A DNA stretch of 63,560 nucleotides, the filler included, from Octopus bimaculoides (Eukaryota), in assembly GCF_001194135.2 (NCBI RefSeq). It is 6 parts of 6 records of this genome, joined end to end, with 100 filler letters (N's around TTAATTAATTAA, not from the genome) between each part and the next. Parts side by side here need not be neighbours in the genome. Positions count along the whole stretch, not along the records: positions 44,736 to 51,514 come from NC_068981.1; positions 51,615 to 55,821 come from NW_026414743.1; positions 55,922 to 61,394 come from NC_068986.1; positions 61,495 to 63,560 come from NC_068996.1; 2 more parts are not named here. The stretch is one strand, 5' to 3'. The notes beneath the pieces were generated by a model, which was given only the letters and a program-made list of their open reading frames with translations, made no database searches and was not told the origin of the DNA. Shown piece by piece: positions 48,601 through 62,039 of the stretch (the first letter of the stretch is position 1; each line of letters begins with the position of its first letter). Made by a program: the position numbers and the translations under genes.

Positions 48601-50425
48601 ATTTTTTATTCACTTAGTTTTTCACTAAATCGAGCACGATTACTTCATATTGGAATGATCTGATGCGGGAGGTGGCGGTGTTATTTTATTTATTTATTTA
48701 TTTATTTATTGCATGTCCTCGTGCATGCTTGAAAAGGAGGAGGAGGCGGAAAGGGTTCGTTATTGGTAGTACTGGGGTCCTACGCTCTGCTGTTTTATTA
48801 ATGATCAAAGACTTTAGATTTCGGTACAACGCCAGAAGATTTCTGCCTCAACTGTAACCTTTGTCGTATTACCGAGCATTAAATTTAATCCATTGATTAA
48901 AACTTTTCTCTCAAATGATATGTTTTTTAATTAATTTCGGTATCTTTATTTATATATATATATATATACATAGATATATATATATTTGTTCGAAAGATTT
49001 ATAGGCATTACAATTCACATACTAATGAAGTTCTGCTGCATTAATATTAATATTAATATTATTTTATTTTTGAGTCTTTCTATATACTATGTTCATGTTT
49101 GCCTGAGTACACACATACACATACAAACGCACGCCCACAAACACACACGTACACACACACACACATATATGCATACTGGCACACATTTAATTTTTATATG
49201 TCACATGCAAATTTATTGAGGCAGACTCGTGTGCTGGAATGCAAGTTGTTGTTTTGTTCTATATTTCAAGGATGATTACGCCAATGATAAACACACCCAC
49301 TGGTTCTATGCTTTTTATTTCGCATTTCTAATTTTGTCATTAGGTCGACTGTTTAGCCACGTAAATAATGATTTGTTTAATTAACTGTTCGCAATCAATC
49401 AAATAATTTTGTCAAAATCAGTCCTAACGACGTCAAGATAATATTTGACTGGTTGCCTACCAGCATCCTGCAGCAGTCCTTTGTAAATAGGCCTACTACT
49501 TCCTATTCATAATGCGTTGCATTAATTCTCATTGGCCCTTCGCAATCTCCATGCCGTGTTGATGGGCCTCTGCGTCGCTATGTTTCTAAATACTGCTACT
49601 GTACTTGTCTAAATTATATCTAAGCTAATGTATGATCAGTGAAAGTTTAGCTTCTGTTGCATTGTCTGCGTATGGTGGAATGCTCACACTTTTATTGAAC
49701 GATATGGTTGTAGGTATCAAAATGATTGTTTCTAAATTGTTTCTAAATATACATCTACAGTTTTCTTTCCTCATTAAATCCAATGACTAACGCTATTTGC
49801 ATAATAGCGATTAATAATAACGATATTGTTATTTCTACGGTGTGAAAAACGCAGCGAATACTTTCTTTGCATAATTATACAAATGACATTATAGAATTAT
49901 ATAACAAATTTGGTAAACTTTATTTACCTCTTAAAAAGGAATTATTGATTAAATTGCATAACTTGTTATTGGTATGCTATAGAATATAGAACATTTACAA
50001 AACATGATTATACAAATAAGTAACTTTAATTCCTTATAGATATGAGCAGAGAGGAATGCTAAATAGTTCATGTTAGGTGTTACACTTTAATTTTCATATT
50101 CCCATAAGACTAATAGATTTATTGTAGATGACCAAGATAGAAAGAAGTAATGATATTTGCAGATGAGACATGTTTATTTTATTTTCAGTATATCCCACGT
50201 AGTATATTTAGTAAATAACGACTTACTATATTGATTTATCAGAAACTCCTGTTGAAATACAATTTTCTTTCTGCAAAACAAGTATAAGGCGCATCATTGT
50301 TGGACCTGTATGACAGTTATGAAGAAGATTAGTGGTTATTGGTGTCATTAGGAATTTTTTATAGTTAAAAAATAACTTTAAATTCACATATAGTATTTGG
50401 CGAGAACAGAAATTATCAACAGACG

Positions 50426-50465
<40 letters not shown>

Positions 50466-51234
50466 NNNNNNNNNNNNNNNNNNNNNNNNNNNNNNNNNNN
50501 NNNNNNNNTGGGTACAGGACGTCACGAAACGTGTACAACAAAGAAAAATACGAAGTACGAGTACATGGAATATGAACTATTTTTTCGAACAACGAAAGAC
50601 ACAAATGGAAAACAATACAAACAGCATAAATAACGACCTTCATCAGTTTTTCGCGGTATTTCTACTCTCGTATTTCGCGCATTTACCAACAATATACGCT
50701 TTCGATAAAACAGTTGCTCCCGCAAAGCAAGTTTAAAAACAAAAATTGGATTTTACGGAGGGTCAAAATTGATAACACAAACGGGACAGTGAAAATAAAC
50801 ACGAACAGCAACTGAGCATAAACGAGGTTGCGGTGGCGAACGTGTAAATCAAGATTGGACAGGAGACAGAGAGGAACACGTCTTCCTTTTTCCAGTTACA
50901 AGGGAAAGAAAGAAAGAAACACAAGTGAGGAGAAGAAAGAAGGATGGCCGGTGGTCAAGGGCGAGCTTCGTGAGCAAGGGAGGAGGACTGAAGGACAGAG
51001 AGTTACAGAGTAATAGGATAGAATAGTGGGAGAAAAGAGGGCAAAAGAATAAGGGAGAGAAAGAGAGAAAAAAGAAAGAGTAAACTAATCGTATAGACTG
51101 CGCATCAGAATTATTTATATATATATATATTATTTATATATATATATATATGTATATATATATGAGGGAGAGAGGGAGAGAGCAGACAAAGAAGCCTGGG
51201 TTATAAAAAACATTAAGTCAAACCCCAAAACCTT

Positions 51235-51514
51235 CTTTCATTACGCAAAAGAAACAACCTCAGTACGCTGCAAGATTGGACCCCTCTTCGAAAATGATGG
51301 CTCCCTCACAGACAGTCCAACTAGGATCAGTGAGGTACTGAATGAGCAATTCAAAAGTGTCTTCACCACTCCATTGGAGCACAGACAAGTGAACAAACCA
51401 GTGAACTTCTTTGCTACCTCCCCTATAACCAGTGAGGCAGTTACGATGGAATACATCAACATTAGCGAAGAAGATGTACTACTAGCTATACATGAAGTGG
51501 ACACAAACTCAACT
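51235..51514 (+). mobile_element. CR1/Jockey-group LINE ORF2 fragment upstream of the RT core, cut by a scaffold join
   Basis: KIGPLFENDGSLTDSPTRISEVLNEQFKSVFTTPL...INISEEDVLLAIHEVDTNS matches the IGPL...LN.QF.SVFT and EDV..AI..L..NS(xGPDG) linker motifs. Confidence 0.75.
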
Positions 51515-51614
51515 NNNNNNNNNNNNNNNNNNNNNNNNNNNNNNNNNNNNNNNNNNNNTTAATTAATTAANNNNNNNNNNNNNNNNNNNNNNNNNNNNNN
51601 NNNNNNNNNNNNNN

Positions 51615-51655
<41 letters not shown>

Positions 51656-54600
51656 TATTGTTTCTTTTCATTATAACTTTATTTCAGCTGCCTTGGTACC
51701 GGGCATCCTCCGGAGGCCAAGTGTAGCAAGGCCACTTTTGTTTTGCTGTGCAAGCTAAATTCATCACCACATTTATTCTATTTAGATGGAGAGTGTTTTC
51801 AGTAGTATTTAGGATGTACCCATGAAGGTTATCTTTTGTAGTTCACGGAGATTGGAGTTACCAGGGAGCTGCTTAATATACTCCTCAGCTCCCTTCTTTA
51901 TCATTCCCAACGCGTCAATTACTACTGGTATTATCGTAGTACTAAGCTTCCACATTTTTATGATTTCAATTTGCAGATCTATATAGTGAAAAAGCTTTTC
52001 GTATACCTTTCTTAAGATATTTTGATCTTGTAGTACAGACATATTTATCAATAGACAAGTTCCTCAGTTGTAGTCCTTAGTCCTTGATAACAATGTCGGG
52101 TCGATAGGAGTCAATTTTTCTGGGGCCAAGTGAAGCAAAGGCACTTTTGTTTTGCTATGCATGCTAAAATTTTCACCATATTTATTCCATTTAGATGGAA
52201 AGTGCTTTCAGTAGTATATGGGCTGTATCCATCAAGGTCATCTTTTGTAGTTCACGGAGATTGGAGTTACCAGGAAGCTGCTTAATATACTAGCAAGAGC
52301 TAGGCAGCCAGACACAACATAATCAGTTGTCTCTATGAAGTTTCCGCAAATTCTGCACGAAGGGACATATCCATTTTTAAGGACGTTTGCATGATAGTTT
52401 CTGGTAGGTAAGATCTGATCTTCCGCAGCAATAAAAAAAAACCTCCTGTTTCCGCTTTCAGACCTGCCTCTTCTAACCATTGATGTGCTAGATTTTGATC
52501 AATATCTGGCTTGGACAAACGATATGTTATTTTCCAGGCTGGTGTTTACTTTTTCAGTTTTCTTCGATATTATTCATGCAAGCCTTTGATTTTTGCATCA
52601 ATGATAGGTTTGTCACTATTTGGATCTCTTTTGTATTTCTGATTGTTAATTTCTAAATCAGTAGAAGCAATAGTAGGTCTGTCAGTATTTGGGTGTTTTT
52701 GATAATTCTTATTGTTAAATTGAGGCCAAGAGACTGTTTAAATTTCTGACTAAGCTTCATGACTGAGGTTGGCTCGGAATCTTCATGCCTCAGTGCAGCT
52801 CGTAAGAGTACATCACTCGTTGTATTAAGGTATGTTTCAAGGCTTATTATTGCTGATTTGAAGGATTGTTCGTGCTGTATCAAGCCTCTTTTACCTATTT
52901 TTCTTGAGAGATAAATCCTGTCTACATCTGATTTTGGATGGAGCATTCGGTACCTTGTAAAGATTTTACGGATCTTTCCATCCATATTCTGCATGTCAGT
53001 GAAACTCCACTTAATGCTACCGAAGCTATATGTGGTTACTGGTTTGGCCAAAGAATTGATCGCATTAATTCTGTTAGCAGCATTTAATTCTGAGTTTAGT
53101 ACCATCCTTAGCCTTAGGTAGTATTCCTTGCGGATTTTCTCTTTCGTTTTAAAGCGCAGGATACCGTCACCTTGATTGGTTCCCAGATATTTGTATACTT
53201 CGGATAGGTCTAGGTTCCGAATAGTTCTAGTAGTATCAAGTTCTTTGTTTTCTGGCTTTATGAACTTCTCTGACTGGAAAGTAGCCTTTGCACATTTATC
53301 AAGGCCGAATTCCATACCTATGTCAGAGCTGCATTGTTTGACAATATTCAGCTCTTCTAATTGTTTGTCGTTTTTGGCAAACAGTTTGATATCATCCATA
53401 TAGAATAAATGATTAATTTTCTGGTCAAAGATCTTATACTCTCTTTTAGCATTATTCAGTTGCGTGGATGAAAGGAACAGAGTGATACAGAATAGTAATG
53501 GTGATAATAAGTCACCCTGAAAGATACCACAGGTGATATTGAGGTCTGGTGAGGTGGTGTATCTTTGTGTAATGTTGAAAATGAGGGTAGTTCTCCAAGA
53601 ATTCATGATTACTTTTAAAAAGTTCACAATTTTTGGAGCTATCTTGTAAATTTTCAGATGATCCATGCATAGGGGACAGTGTCAAAAGCCTTATTCCAAT
53701 CTATCAAAGCGTTGTTAAGGTTTCTGCGTTTGTATTTGCAATTTTCAATGACCATTTTATCAATCAGTAATTGGTTTTTACATTCATATGAACTCCTTTT
53801 ACATCCCTTTTGTTCCACTGGGAATAACTTCCTATTGTCCAAGAATTCATAAGTTCTATTCGCTATTATAGATGTTAAAAGGTTATATATGGTGGTGAAG
53901 CATATTATGGGTTGGTATTTTGGGGGGCTAGTAGTTTCTTCTGTTTTTGTAAGGTATGTAATCCCTTCTGTAAGCCACTTTGAGGCTTTTGCAGAGTCGG
54001 ACATGACTTTATTGAGTGTCACGGTTAAGTTGTGGTGGGTGTCAATTAAAGAGTCTAGCCAAAAATTTGGAATTTTATCTATACCTGGGGATTTCTACAT
54101 TTTTGACTTGACGAGCGTCGCTTTCACTTTTTCAGTTGTTATATCCTACCATTCTTGCTATTTGAAGTAGCTACTGGCCTCTTCTATGTCCCTGACCCAA
54201 TGTGCATTCTGATTAAACTCCTTTGGATTACTCCAAATATTTTTCCAGAAGTCTTCAATTTACTGCTGGAGAGGAGGTGTTTTCACAATAATGGTATTTT
54301 TCCCCAGTTCCCGGTAGAATTTTTTTGTGTTCTCTTTGAATAATATGTTTTTTTCTATGGAATGCTGAGCGTTTTTTGTATCTTGCCAGTCGTTTGGTTT
54401 TTAAGTGTAGTTTTTGTTTGAGAATTTCAATCTGTGTATCCTTTGTTTTCTTGTAAAAGTCAAGTTTAGAAATTATTCTTATGAGTTTGTTGGGTTTATT
54501 AGCTTTTCTCTTTGCTTTCTTCAAGTAGAAAAATGTATATCTGCTCTTAGTTGGATTATTTTCCGGTTTATTCTTTCCATGCATGCAGGCTGTNNNNNNN

Positions 54601-54800
54601 NNNNNNNNNNNNNNNNNNNNNNNNNNNNNNNNNNNNNNNNNNNNNNNNNNNNNNNNNNNNNNNNNNNNNNNNNNNNNNNNNNNNNNNNNNNNNNNNNNNN
54701 NNNNNNNNNNNNNNNNNNNNNNNNNNNNNNNNNNNNNNNNNNNNNNNNNNNNNNNNNNNNNNNNNNNNNNNNACTATTCTCAAGGAGTTGTCGTATCATT
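51615..54800 (-). mobile_element. R4/Dong-like RLE non-LTR retrotransposon, rearranged at its 3' end and bounded by (TAA)n
   Basis: Minus-strand ORF pieces run RINRKIIQLRADI, WLTEGITYL..K, PVEQKGC, D.NKAFDTVP, GIFQGDLLSPLLFC, HLFYMDDIKLFA, FGLDKC, AETGGF.IAAEDQ, CRICG..ET.DYVVSGC, RPDIVIKD...LLINMS...EK and GTS.ILLKTLSI*. A (TAA)n tail lies at 51615-51655 and a TAA-like tract at about 54800-54830. Confidence 0.93.
52653..54022 (-). pseudogene. Frameshifted reverse transcriptase of the R4/Dong-like element
   Basis: ORFs 53654-54022 and 52653-53666 together carry the RT subdomains including QGD.LSP and YMDD. They are not joined in frame. Confidence 0.92.
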
Positions 54801-55393
54801 TTATTATTATTACTATTAATGTTATTATCATTAAACAACACGTAGAGTGCGATGCGATTGCAATAGATATTTTATTCTTTTTCTTTCCTTTTCATTTTTT
54901 TCTCTCTTGCCAGTTAAACTTGAAAAACGTGGGGACGCTAGTTGCTCTCGTTCATATTTAGGATGTGAATTTCTATAATTTTGAATTTTTATCATTTTTC
55001 ATTTTGAACTCGACAAAGACACCCTTGTAGTCAAAATATCGTTCAACCAATAAAACATCTATTGCAATCGCATCGCGCTCTTCGTATTGTCTATTTACCT
55101 TTGTGAAGAGTTACGACAATCCTTTTAAATTATTATTAGTATTATCATTAGGAGTGTGTTGTAGTTCGCTTGAAGCATTGTTCGCAAAATATAATGTGTC
55201 TTGAATGGTACAACAATGTCCTATAAAAACAACAATGGACTATAATAGCTGTTATAATTTAGTTATCCATAGTCTGATATAATATTTCGGAATACAAATA
55301 TTCTTTCTTCAGATATCTGTCATCATCATCATCATCATCATTATCACTGTGATTTCATCAACCATTTCATAAGTGACCATCCTCGTCAACTTC

Positions 55394-55435
<42 letters not shown>

Positions 55436-55636
55436 TTTTGTTATAGACACAAGGGCCCGAAATTTGTGGGGAAGGTGTAAATCGACCCCAGTGCGTAACT
55501 GGTACTTATATAATGGACCCTGAAAGGATAATAGGCAAAGTGGACCTTGACGGAATTTGAACTCAGAGCATAGCGGCAAATGAAATACCGCTAAACATTA
55601 CTCCCAGAGTGCGAACGATGCTGCCAGCTCGTCGCC

Positions 55637-55670
<34 letters not shown>

Positions 55671-55680
55671 NNNNNNNNNN

Positions 55681-55719
<39 letters not shown>

Positions 55720-55764
55720 TCATCATCATTATCATCATCATCATCATAATAATAATAATAATAA

Positions 55765-55821
55765 CACTATTCCAACACTATGGAATAACAACAGAAAAAA
55801 GATAGTATAAACACACGCCAG
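55765..55821 (+). mobile_element. 5'-truncated R4/Dong-like RLE fragment starting in a (TAA)n array, cut by a join
   Basis: QHYGITTEKR*YKHTP matches 63345-63395 (YGITTTKRWYKHTP). Confidence 0.75.
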
Positions 55822-56329
55822 NNNNNNNNNNNNNNNNNNNNNNNNNNNNNNNNNNNNNNNNNNNNTTAATTAATTAANNNNNNNNNNNNNNNNNNNNNNN
55901 NNNNNNNNNNNNNNNNNNNNNATATATATATATATATATACATAATTGATAACATCAGGGTAATAAAATTTTTTGAAATTTTTTAGTACCAGTGGCCAAG
56001 CGTGTAGAAAATTGGTCAATAGGCAATATATTATTCATATAAATACAGTGTACATTTAAACACATGAGGTATCCACCATAGGATACTTGGCACGCGAGAA
56101 GGAATATCCAAAATCCAAACCACTATTAGGGATAAACTTCGAAGGGAATGAAAAGTAAAAATATTTGCCATGTATCTCCTGGACCATGGTTTCTGACATT
56201 TTTTAGAAAACAAATTAATTTGCTAGGTGAAGTCTTCATGAACAGGTACGCCAAGATTAAACCTATAAATACGAGGCAATCCAGCATGTGCCCCGTGCTT
56301 AAACATTATAATTTGTCAAATCCACTGTT

Positions 56330-57190
56330 GTCTAACTTAATAACACCGCCTGGCAGTCATTGAAATTAGGATTCGGACAACATGGCCCACTCGTGGAGAG
56401 AGTTATTGTTTGCGGAGACATATCCAGGTATAGGAGGTTTATCCAAGATTTCTTGAAGGAATTTGTCCAAAGACTTCTTGAACTCTATGGAGTCTGTTTC
56501 TGCTTTAATGTGTTTTGGTGTAATGTTGAAGAGAGATTTGAACCAATTGATGTGAAATAATTCTGCTGTATTGTTGTTATGTGATGCGAGTATGGTTTAT
56601 ACTTTGGATAGATAGTATGGAGCCCAAGTGTATCTTAAACGCGATGCCAATATCATTTGGACAATGCTTATGAAATATTTTCCGCATCATGCAGATGATG
56701 AATCGATCACGACAGCGTTGCAGAGAATAAAGCTAGTCGACCCCAATAGTCAAGGTCTGTCATACCAGTTTTCTTTTTGTAATTAACCTTTGAGATGCTT
56801 CAAATTTCATTATAGTTTGCTTTGTGTGAGGAGACCACAGTGGACAACAGTGTTCAAGGTAGGGTCGGGCAAAATTGGAGAAGAGAAGAAGAATAGTGTG
56901 GATTTCTCTCCAAAGGAAAGTTCTGAGAATCCAAGAACACATTCAGCAGGCCGTGTCCGCTTTGCTGTTTGTATGGGCGGCCCAGCTTATGTTCTTGTTC
57001 CCAATTACTACCAAGTCTCTGACGTTGTTGGAGGCCATGAGAGTTTCACCTAAAGAAAGGCATTATGGCAGATTCAGAAGATGAAGAAAGGCAGAATGGC
57101 AGACACAGGGTGTCCTCTTTTCCAAAGTAGATTGACTGATATTTGTCCTAGTTCAGCAGCAGTTGTTTTCTACCCATTGAAATACAGCTG
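56330..57190 (-). mobile_element. CR1-like LINE ORF2 3' fragment (RT end and C-terminal domain)
   Basis: AVFQWVENN..LN*DKYQ.I.FGK, NNVRDL, MCSWILRTF, FARPYLEHCCPLWSPHT, EASQRLITK, LYSLQRCRDR and FKKSLDKFLQEILDKPPIPGY. Confidence 0.85.
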
Positions 57191-57233
57191 ATCTAACTGA
57201 AGGCATGTCCGCATCTATCCAACTATCTATCTG

Positions 57234-57300
<67 letters not shown>

Positions 57301-57921
57301 CTATGTCTGAATCTCTATCTATTTATCTATTGCTCGATCGATCTATCGATTTATCTATCCATCTATCTATATATCTGTCTGTCTATCTCTCTCTTTCTCT
57401 CTCTTTCTCTCTCTCTGTGTCTCTCTCTGTCTTTCTCTTTATATATATATATATATATATATATNNNNNNNNNNNNNNNNNNNNNNNNNNNNNNNNNNNN
57501 NNNNNNNNNNNNNNNNNNNNNNNNNNNNNNNNNNNNNNNNNNNNNNNNNNNNNNNNNNNNNNNNNNNNNNNNNNNNNNNNNNNNNNNNNNNNNNNNNNNN
57601 NNNNNNNNNNNNNNNNNNNNNNNNNNNNNNNNNNNNNNNNNNNNNNNNNNNNNNNNNNNNNNNNNNNNNNNNNNNNNNNNNNNNNNNNNNNNNNNNNNNN
57701 NNNNNNNNNNNNNNNNNNNNNNNNNNNNNNNNNNNNNNNNNNNNNNNNNNNNNNNNNNNNNNNNNNNNNNNNNNNNNNNNNNNNNNNNNNNNNNNNNNNN
57801 NNNNNNNNNNNNNNNNNNNNNNNNNNNNNNNNNNNNNNNNNNNNNNNNNNNNNNNNNNNNNNNNNNNNNNNNNNNNNNNNNNNNNNNNNNNNNNNNNNNN
57901 NNNNNNNNNNNNNNNNNNNNN

Positions 57922-57970
<49 letters not shown>

Positions 57971-58365
57971 ATGTGTGTGTGTGTGTGTGTATACACATAC
58001 ACATACACACACACACATATATACATATACATGTATCTCTCTATATATATATAGATATAGATATATAGATATATATATATATATATTATATGTGTGTGTG
58101 TGTATGTGTGTGTGTGTGTGTGTTCAGTAATTTCTGCTTTAGCGTGTGTGTCTGCGCTCTTAGATAGGGATGGTTGCCTACAGGAGAATAAACAAATGCT
58201 GCGGTGGCGGGGAGACATACCAGGATGTACAAAGTAATGTACCGTATAAGACAGATTAATGGCGCGAATACAATTCTCTCCACCTACATTTCGTTTATAC
58301 AATACAAACGGCGGCATTATAACACATAAAGATTAACAAAAAACATACACGCAAGCACACACGCA

Positions 58366-58405
<40 letters not shown>

Positions 58406-58751
58406 NNNNNNNNNNNNNNNNNNNNNNNNNNNNNNNNNNNNNNNNNNNNNNNNNNNNNNNNNNNNNNNNNNNNNNNNNNNNNNNNNNNNNNNNNNNNNNN
58501 NNNNNNNNNNNNNNNNNNNNNNNNNNNNNNNNNNNNNNNNNNNNNNNNNNNNNNNNNNNNNNNNNNNNNNNNNNNNNNNNNNNNNNNNNNNNNNNNNNNN
58601 NNNNNNNNNNNNNNNNNNNNNNNNNNNNNNNNNNNNNNNNNNNNNNNNNNNNNNNNNNNNNNNNNNNNNNNNNNNNNNNNNNNNNNNNNNNNNNNNNNNN
58701 NNNNNNNNNNNNNNNNNNNNNNNNNNNNNNNNNNNNNNNNNNNNNNNNNNN

Positions 58752-58789
<38 letters not shown>

Positions 58790-58984
58790 TTTATATATAT
58801 ACATATATTTGTATATATATGTATATATATATCCCTCTTTCCTCTTCCAAGTAAGTTGTATCTTATACATATATATATGTTTATGTTTGTTTGTGTGTGT
58901 GTGTGTGTGTGTGTACATACATATATATATGTATGTATGTATATATAATGTGTATATAAACGTTCACCTACATTGGTACACGTA

Positions 58985-59044
<60 letters not shown>

Positions 59045-59426
59045 GTTGTTTATGCATGTATTATCCAGCAACATACACTTTAAAACCTGAATAGTCATGA
59101 AGAACGAAGCAACATTCCTGTTATGCTTTCCCTCCAGAAGACTTTCTTAGTCTGGCGAATTACAACGTACCAGCTTAATTATCATTTTATCGCAAAGTGT
59201 ACCTTTTCACCTCAGACCCTGTACTAACAGTTTTACACTTCCTGCACTTACGCCATTACATTGATCTCCCTTGTTTGTCGTATTACGATTGCAAGTACTG
59301 CCCAAGGGACGTGTATTTTTTTGCCTATTAATTGCGTGGATACTTTCGCTTCATGGAAGTAGATTTGAATTTCACGCCCAATATTACGTGCATAGTAATA
59401 CACTGCCTGATATATATCCGTATATG

Positions 59427-59492
<66 letters not shown>

Positions 59493-59703
59493 NNNNNNNN
59501 NNNNNNNNNNNNNNNNNNNNNNNNNNNNNNNNNNNNNNNNNNNNNNNNNNNNNNNNNNNNNNNNNNNNNNNNNNNNNNNNNNNNNNNNNNNNNNNNNNNN
59601 NNNNNNNNNNNNNNNNNNNNNNNNNNNNNNNNNNNNNNNNNNNNNNNNNNNNNNNNNNNNNNNNNNNNNNNNNNNNNNNNNNNNNNNNNNNNNNNNNNNN
59701 NNN

Positions 59704-59746
<43 letters not shown>

Positions 59747-60076
59747 GCATATTTACACACACCCACACATATACACATGCACATGTATATATGTGTGTAT
59801 GTGTGTGTGTGTAATTATGCAAATTAGTGTCTATAGTGCATTAAAGCTTTAAGGTTTGTTTACTCGTATAAGTAAACTGATTCGTTATTTTTTCTGGAAT
59901 TGGCCAAGTGATTCAGATACCTCTGATGGGAAAGCATAGAGTTCATATTTCCAATCTTAATTTGGAACCTTTGTTTTCACGATATAACTATTTATTGCTA
60001 TCTATCTGCTTCTCTCTTTCTCCTCTCTCTCTCTCTCCGCTCCCTCCCTTCCTATCTATCTATCTATCTACCTATC

Positions 60077-60132
<56 letters not shown>

Positions 60133-60630
60133 GATCTATTTATTCCCCTATTTCTCTCTCTCTATATATATACACATGCCTGCATAAGACACCATTTAGA
60201 CACGTTGTATTATCCTGCTTCGTCGCCATTTCCTACACGACTACTTTCACCGTCGCTGGAAACATCAATAAACTTATCATATGAGGTCGGTGGTATCTAA
60301 TAAAATGTAATCCAACGCGATCGTTTTATATGATCGTGTCTTTATCCTGTCAAATGCCACCCTGAGAAAATTAACCTAATGTTATCTAGAAGAAGACCTT
60401 CTAGTCTATTTTTCTTTGAATTTACCTCACAAGACCAGTTATTCAGTTTCGAAGGCGGCAAAAATGCTTGTGAATCAAACGGAAGTCCGTTACTCTGATC
60501 CAAGCTATCATTGAGGAGTTTGGGCAAGTCGGTTACAACGATAAAATGCATGATTAACACTTTATTTTATCGACCCATCGTAATAAAATTACAGTGTTGG
60601 AGCGCTAAGCAGTGATGTGTATAAATGCAA

Positions 60631-61288
60631 TCAACGTTATTACCAATTCGAATATGGTAAAAGCTTGTTCGATCTTGTAACCAAGACATTCACTGTGTTT
60701 TGTCATGGACAATATTTTTTAGCTGTAGATAAATGGTGTAAATACGCCTTAATCAGCTTGCAGCGCCACCTAATAAGACTGTGATATGCAAGCATTTTGA
60801 ACTGGTTTTCTCCTCTTCGGTTACACAAACTGGGCGGTGGCGCTGCGATTTGAATAGAGAGACAATCTCTCTTATGCTATTCAAGTCACCCTGCGTCGGC
60901 TGGTTGCGCAAATCGACGGCTGGAGGTAATTAAATTCGGTGTGGGAGCTCTAAGCAGTCATGTTTATAAATCCGATATTATTGCCAGTTGGAATATTACG
61001 ATGAGTCGACCATTTGCGTTACCAGCCGACGTATGTGGACTGGAATAGCATAAGAGATTGTCTCTCTTATCAACTCACAGCACCACCATCTCGTTTCTGT
61101 TATCAAGAGGAGAAAACCGTTCCAAAATGCATGCATATCGCAGTGAGAATAGGTGGCGCTGTGACCTGGTAAATGTGTATTTAGATCTTGTATCTGCAGC
61201 AGGAAGTTTTCTCTAAGACAAAATAGTGAATGGCTTCTCTACAAGTCCGAACGTGCTACACGCACATTCGAACTGTTAATAACGTTGA
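60631..61288. repeat. Old inverted repeat: about 290-bp diverged arms around an about 90-nt spacer
   Basis: 60631-60917 aligns to the reverse complement of 61006-61288 (shared blocks TCAACGTTATT, CAGCGCCACCTA, GGTTTTCTCCTCTT, GAGAGACAATCTC, TTATGCTATTC, CGTCGGCTGGT). The spacer repeats the about 60 bp just left of the left arm. Confidence 0.8.
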
Positions 61289-61494
61289 ATTTCAAACCTT
61301 CAAAACATATAGGTATCGAGCAAGACAATAAAATGAAATATATTCTCCAGAACGTTGAGTGATTCTCACATGTTCTTGCTAAGGCATATATATANNNNNN
61401 NNNNNNNNNNNNNNNNNNNNNNNNNNNNNNNNNNNNNNTTAATTAATTAANNNNNNNNNNNNNNNNNNNNNNNNNNNNNNNNNNNNNNNNNNNN

Positions 61495-61540
<46 letters not shown>

Positions 61541-62039
61541 CTAGAAGGTCGAAATCACTGGATCTGGTGACCTCGGCGCTGTTAGCAATAGGAACAAGGG
61601 TGCATTTTGCACCAAAAGCCAATATGAGAGAGTTTCTTATGGTAGCTACCGCAGTAAAATTTGTTCTAACAGAACATCCACGTTGAAGTGGAATAAATAT
61701 TACCTCTCGGTTTAATTATTTTCTTGAGTCGCATGACTCATTGGGCCAGTTACTCAGTTTCCACACCGTATGAGTGATCAGGATCACAACATTCTCCATG
61801 ACTGAGAACTGGTCCGTTGTAGTGGTCAAGGACAGCAATTTTGAGAGAAGGGGTTTAGTTTATTAGATCGATCACAATACTTTATTGGTACTTTGTTTTA
61901 ATCGAATCTGAAGAGATGAAAAGCGAAGCTGATCTCGACAAATTTTAATTCAGACTGTAATGAGCGAGAAGAAATGTCTCAGGTGCTAACAATTCTGGCA
62001 ATTCGTTGCCTTCCCCAGGAAAATAGTTGCACGAAAATG

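Noticed and set aside
50510-50800. Hammerhead ribozyme on the minus strand (CTGATGAAGG)
   Set aside because: No stem II closing onto a GAAA and no stem I or III could be formed in type I, II or III topology.
52653-53666. Active, intact reverse transcriptase gene or host gene (337-aa ORF)
   Set aside because: It is one piece of a frameshifted retrotransposon ORF, with substitutions in conserved motifs and a deleted RLE core.
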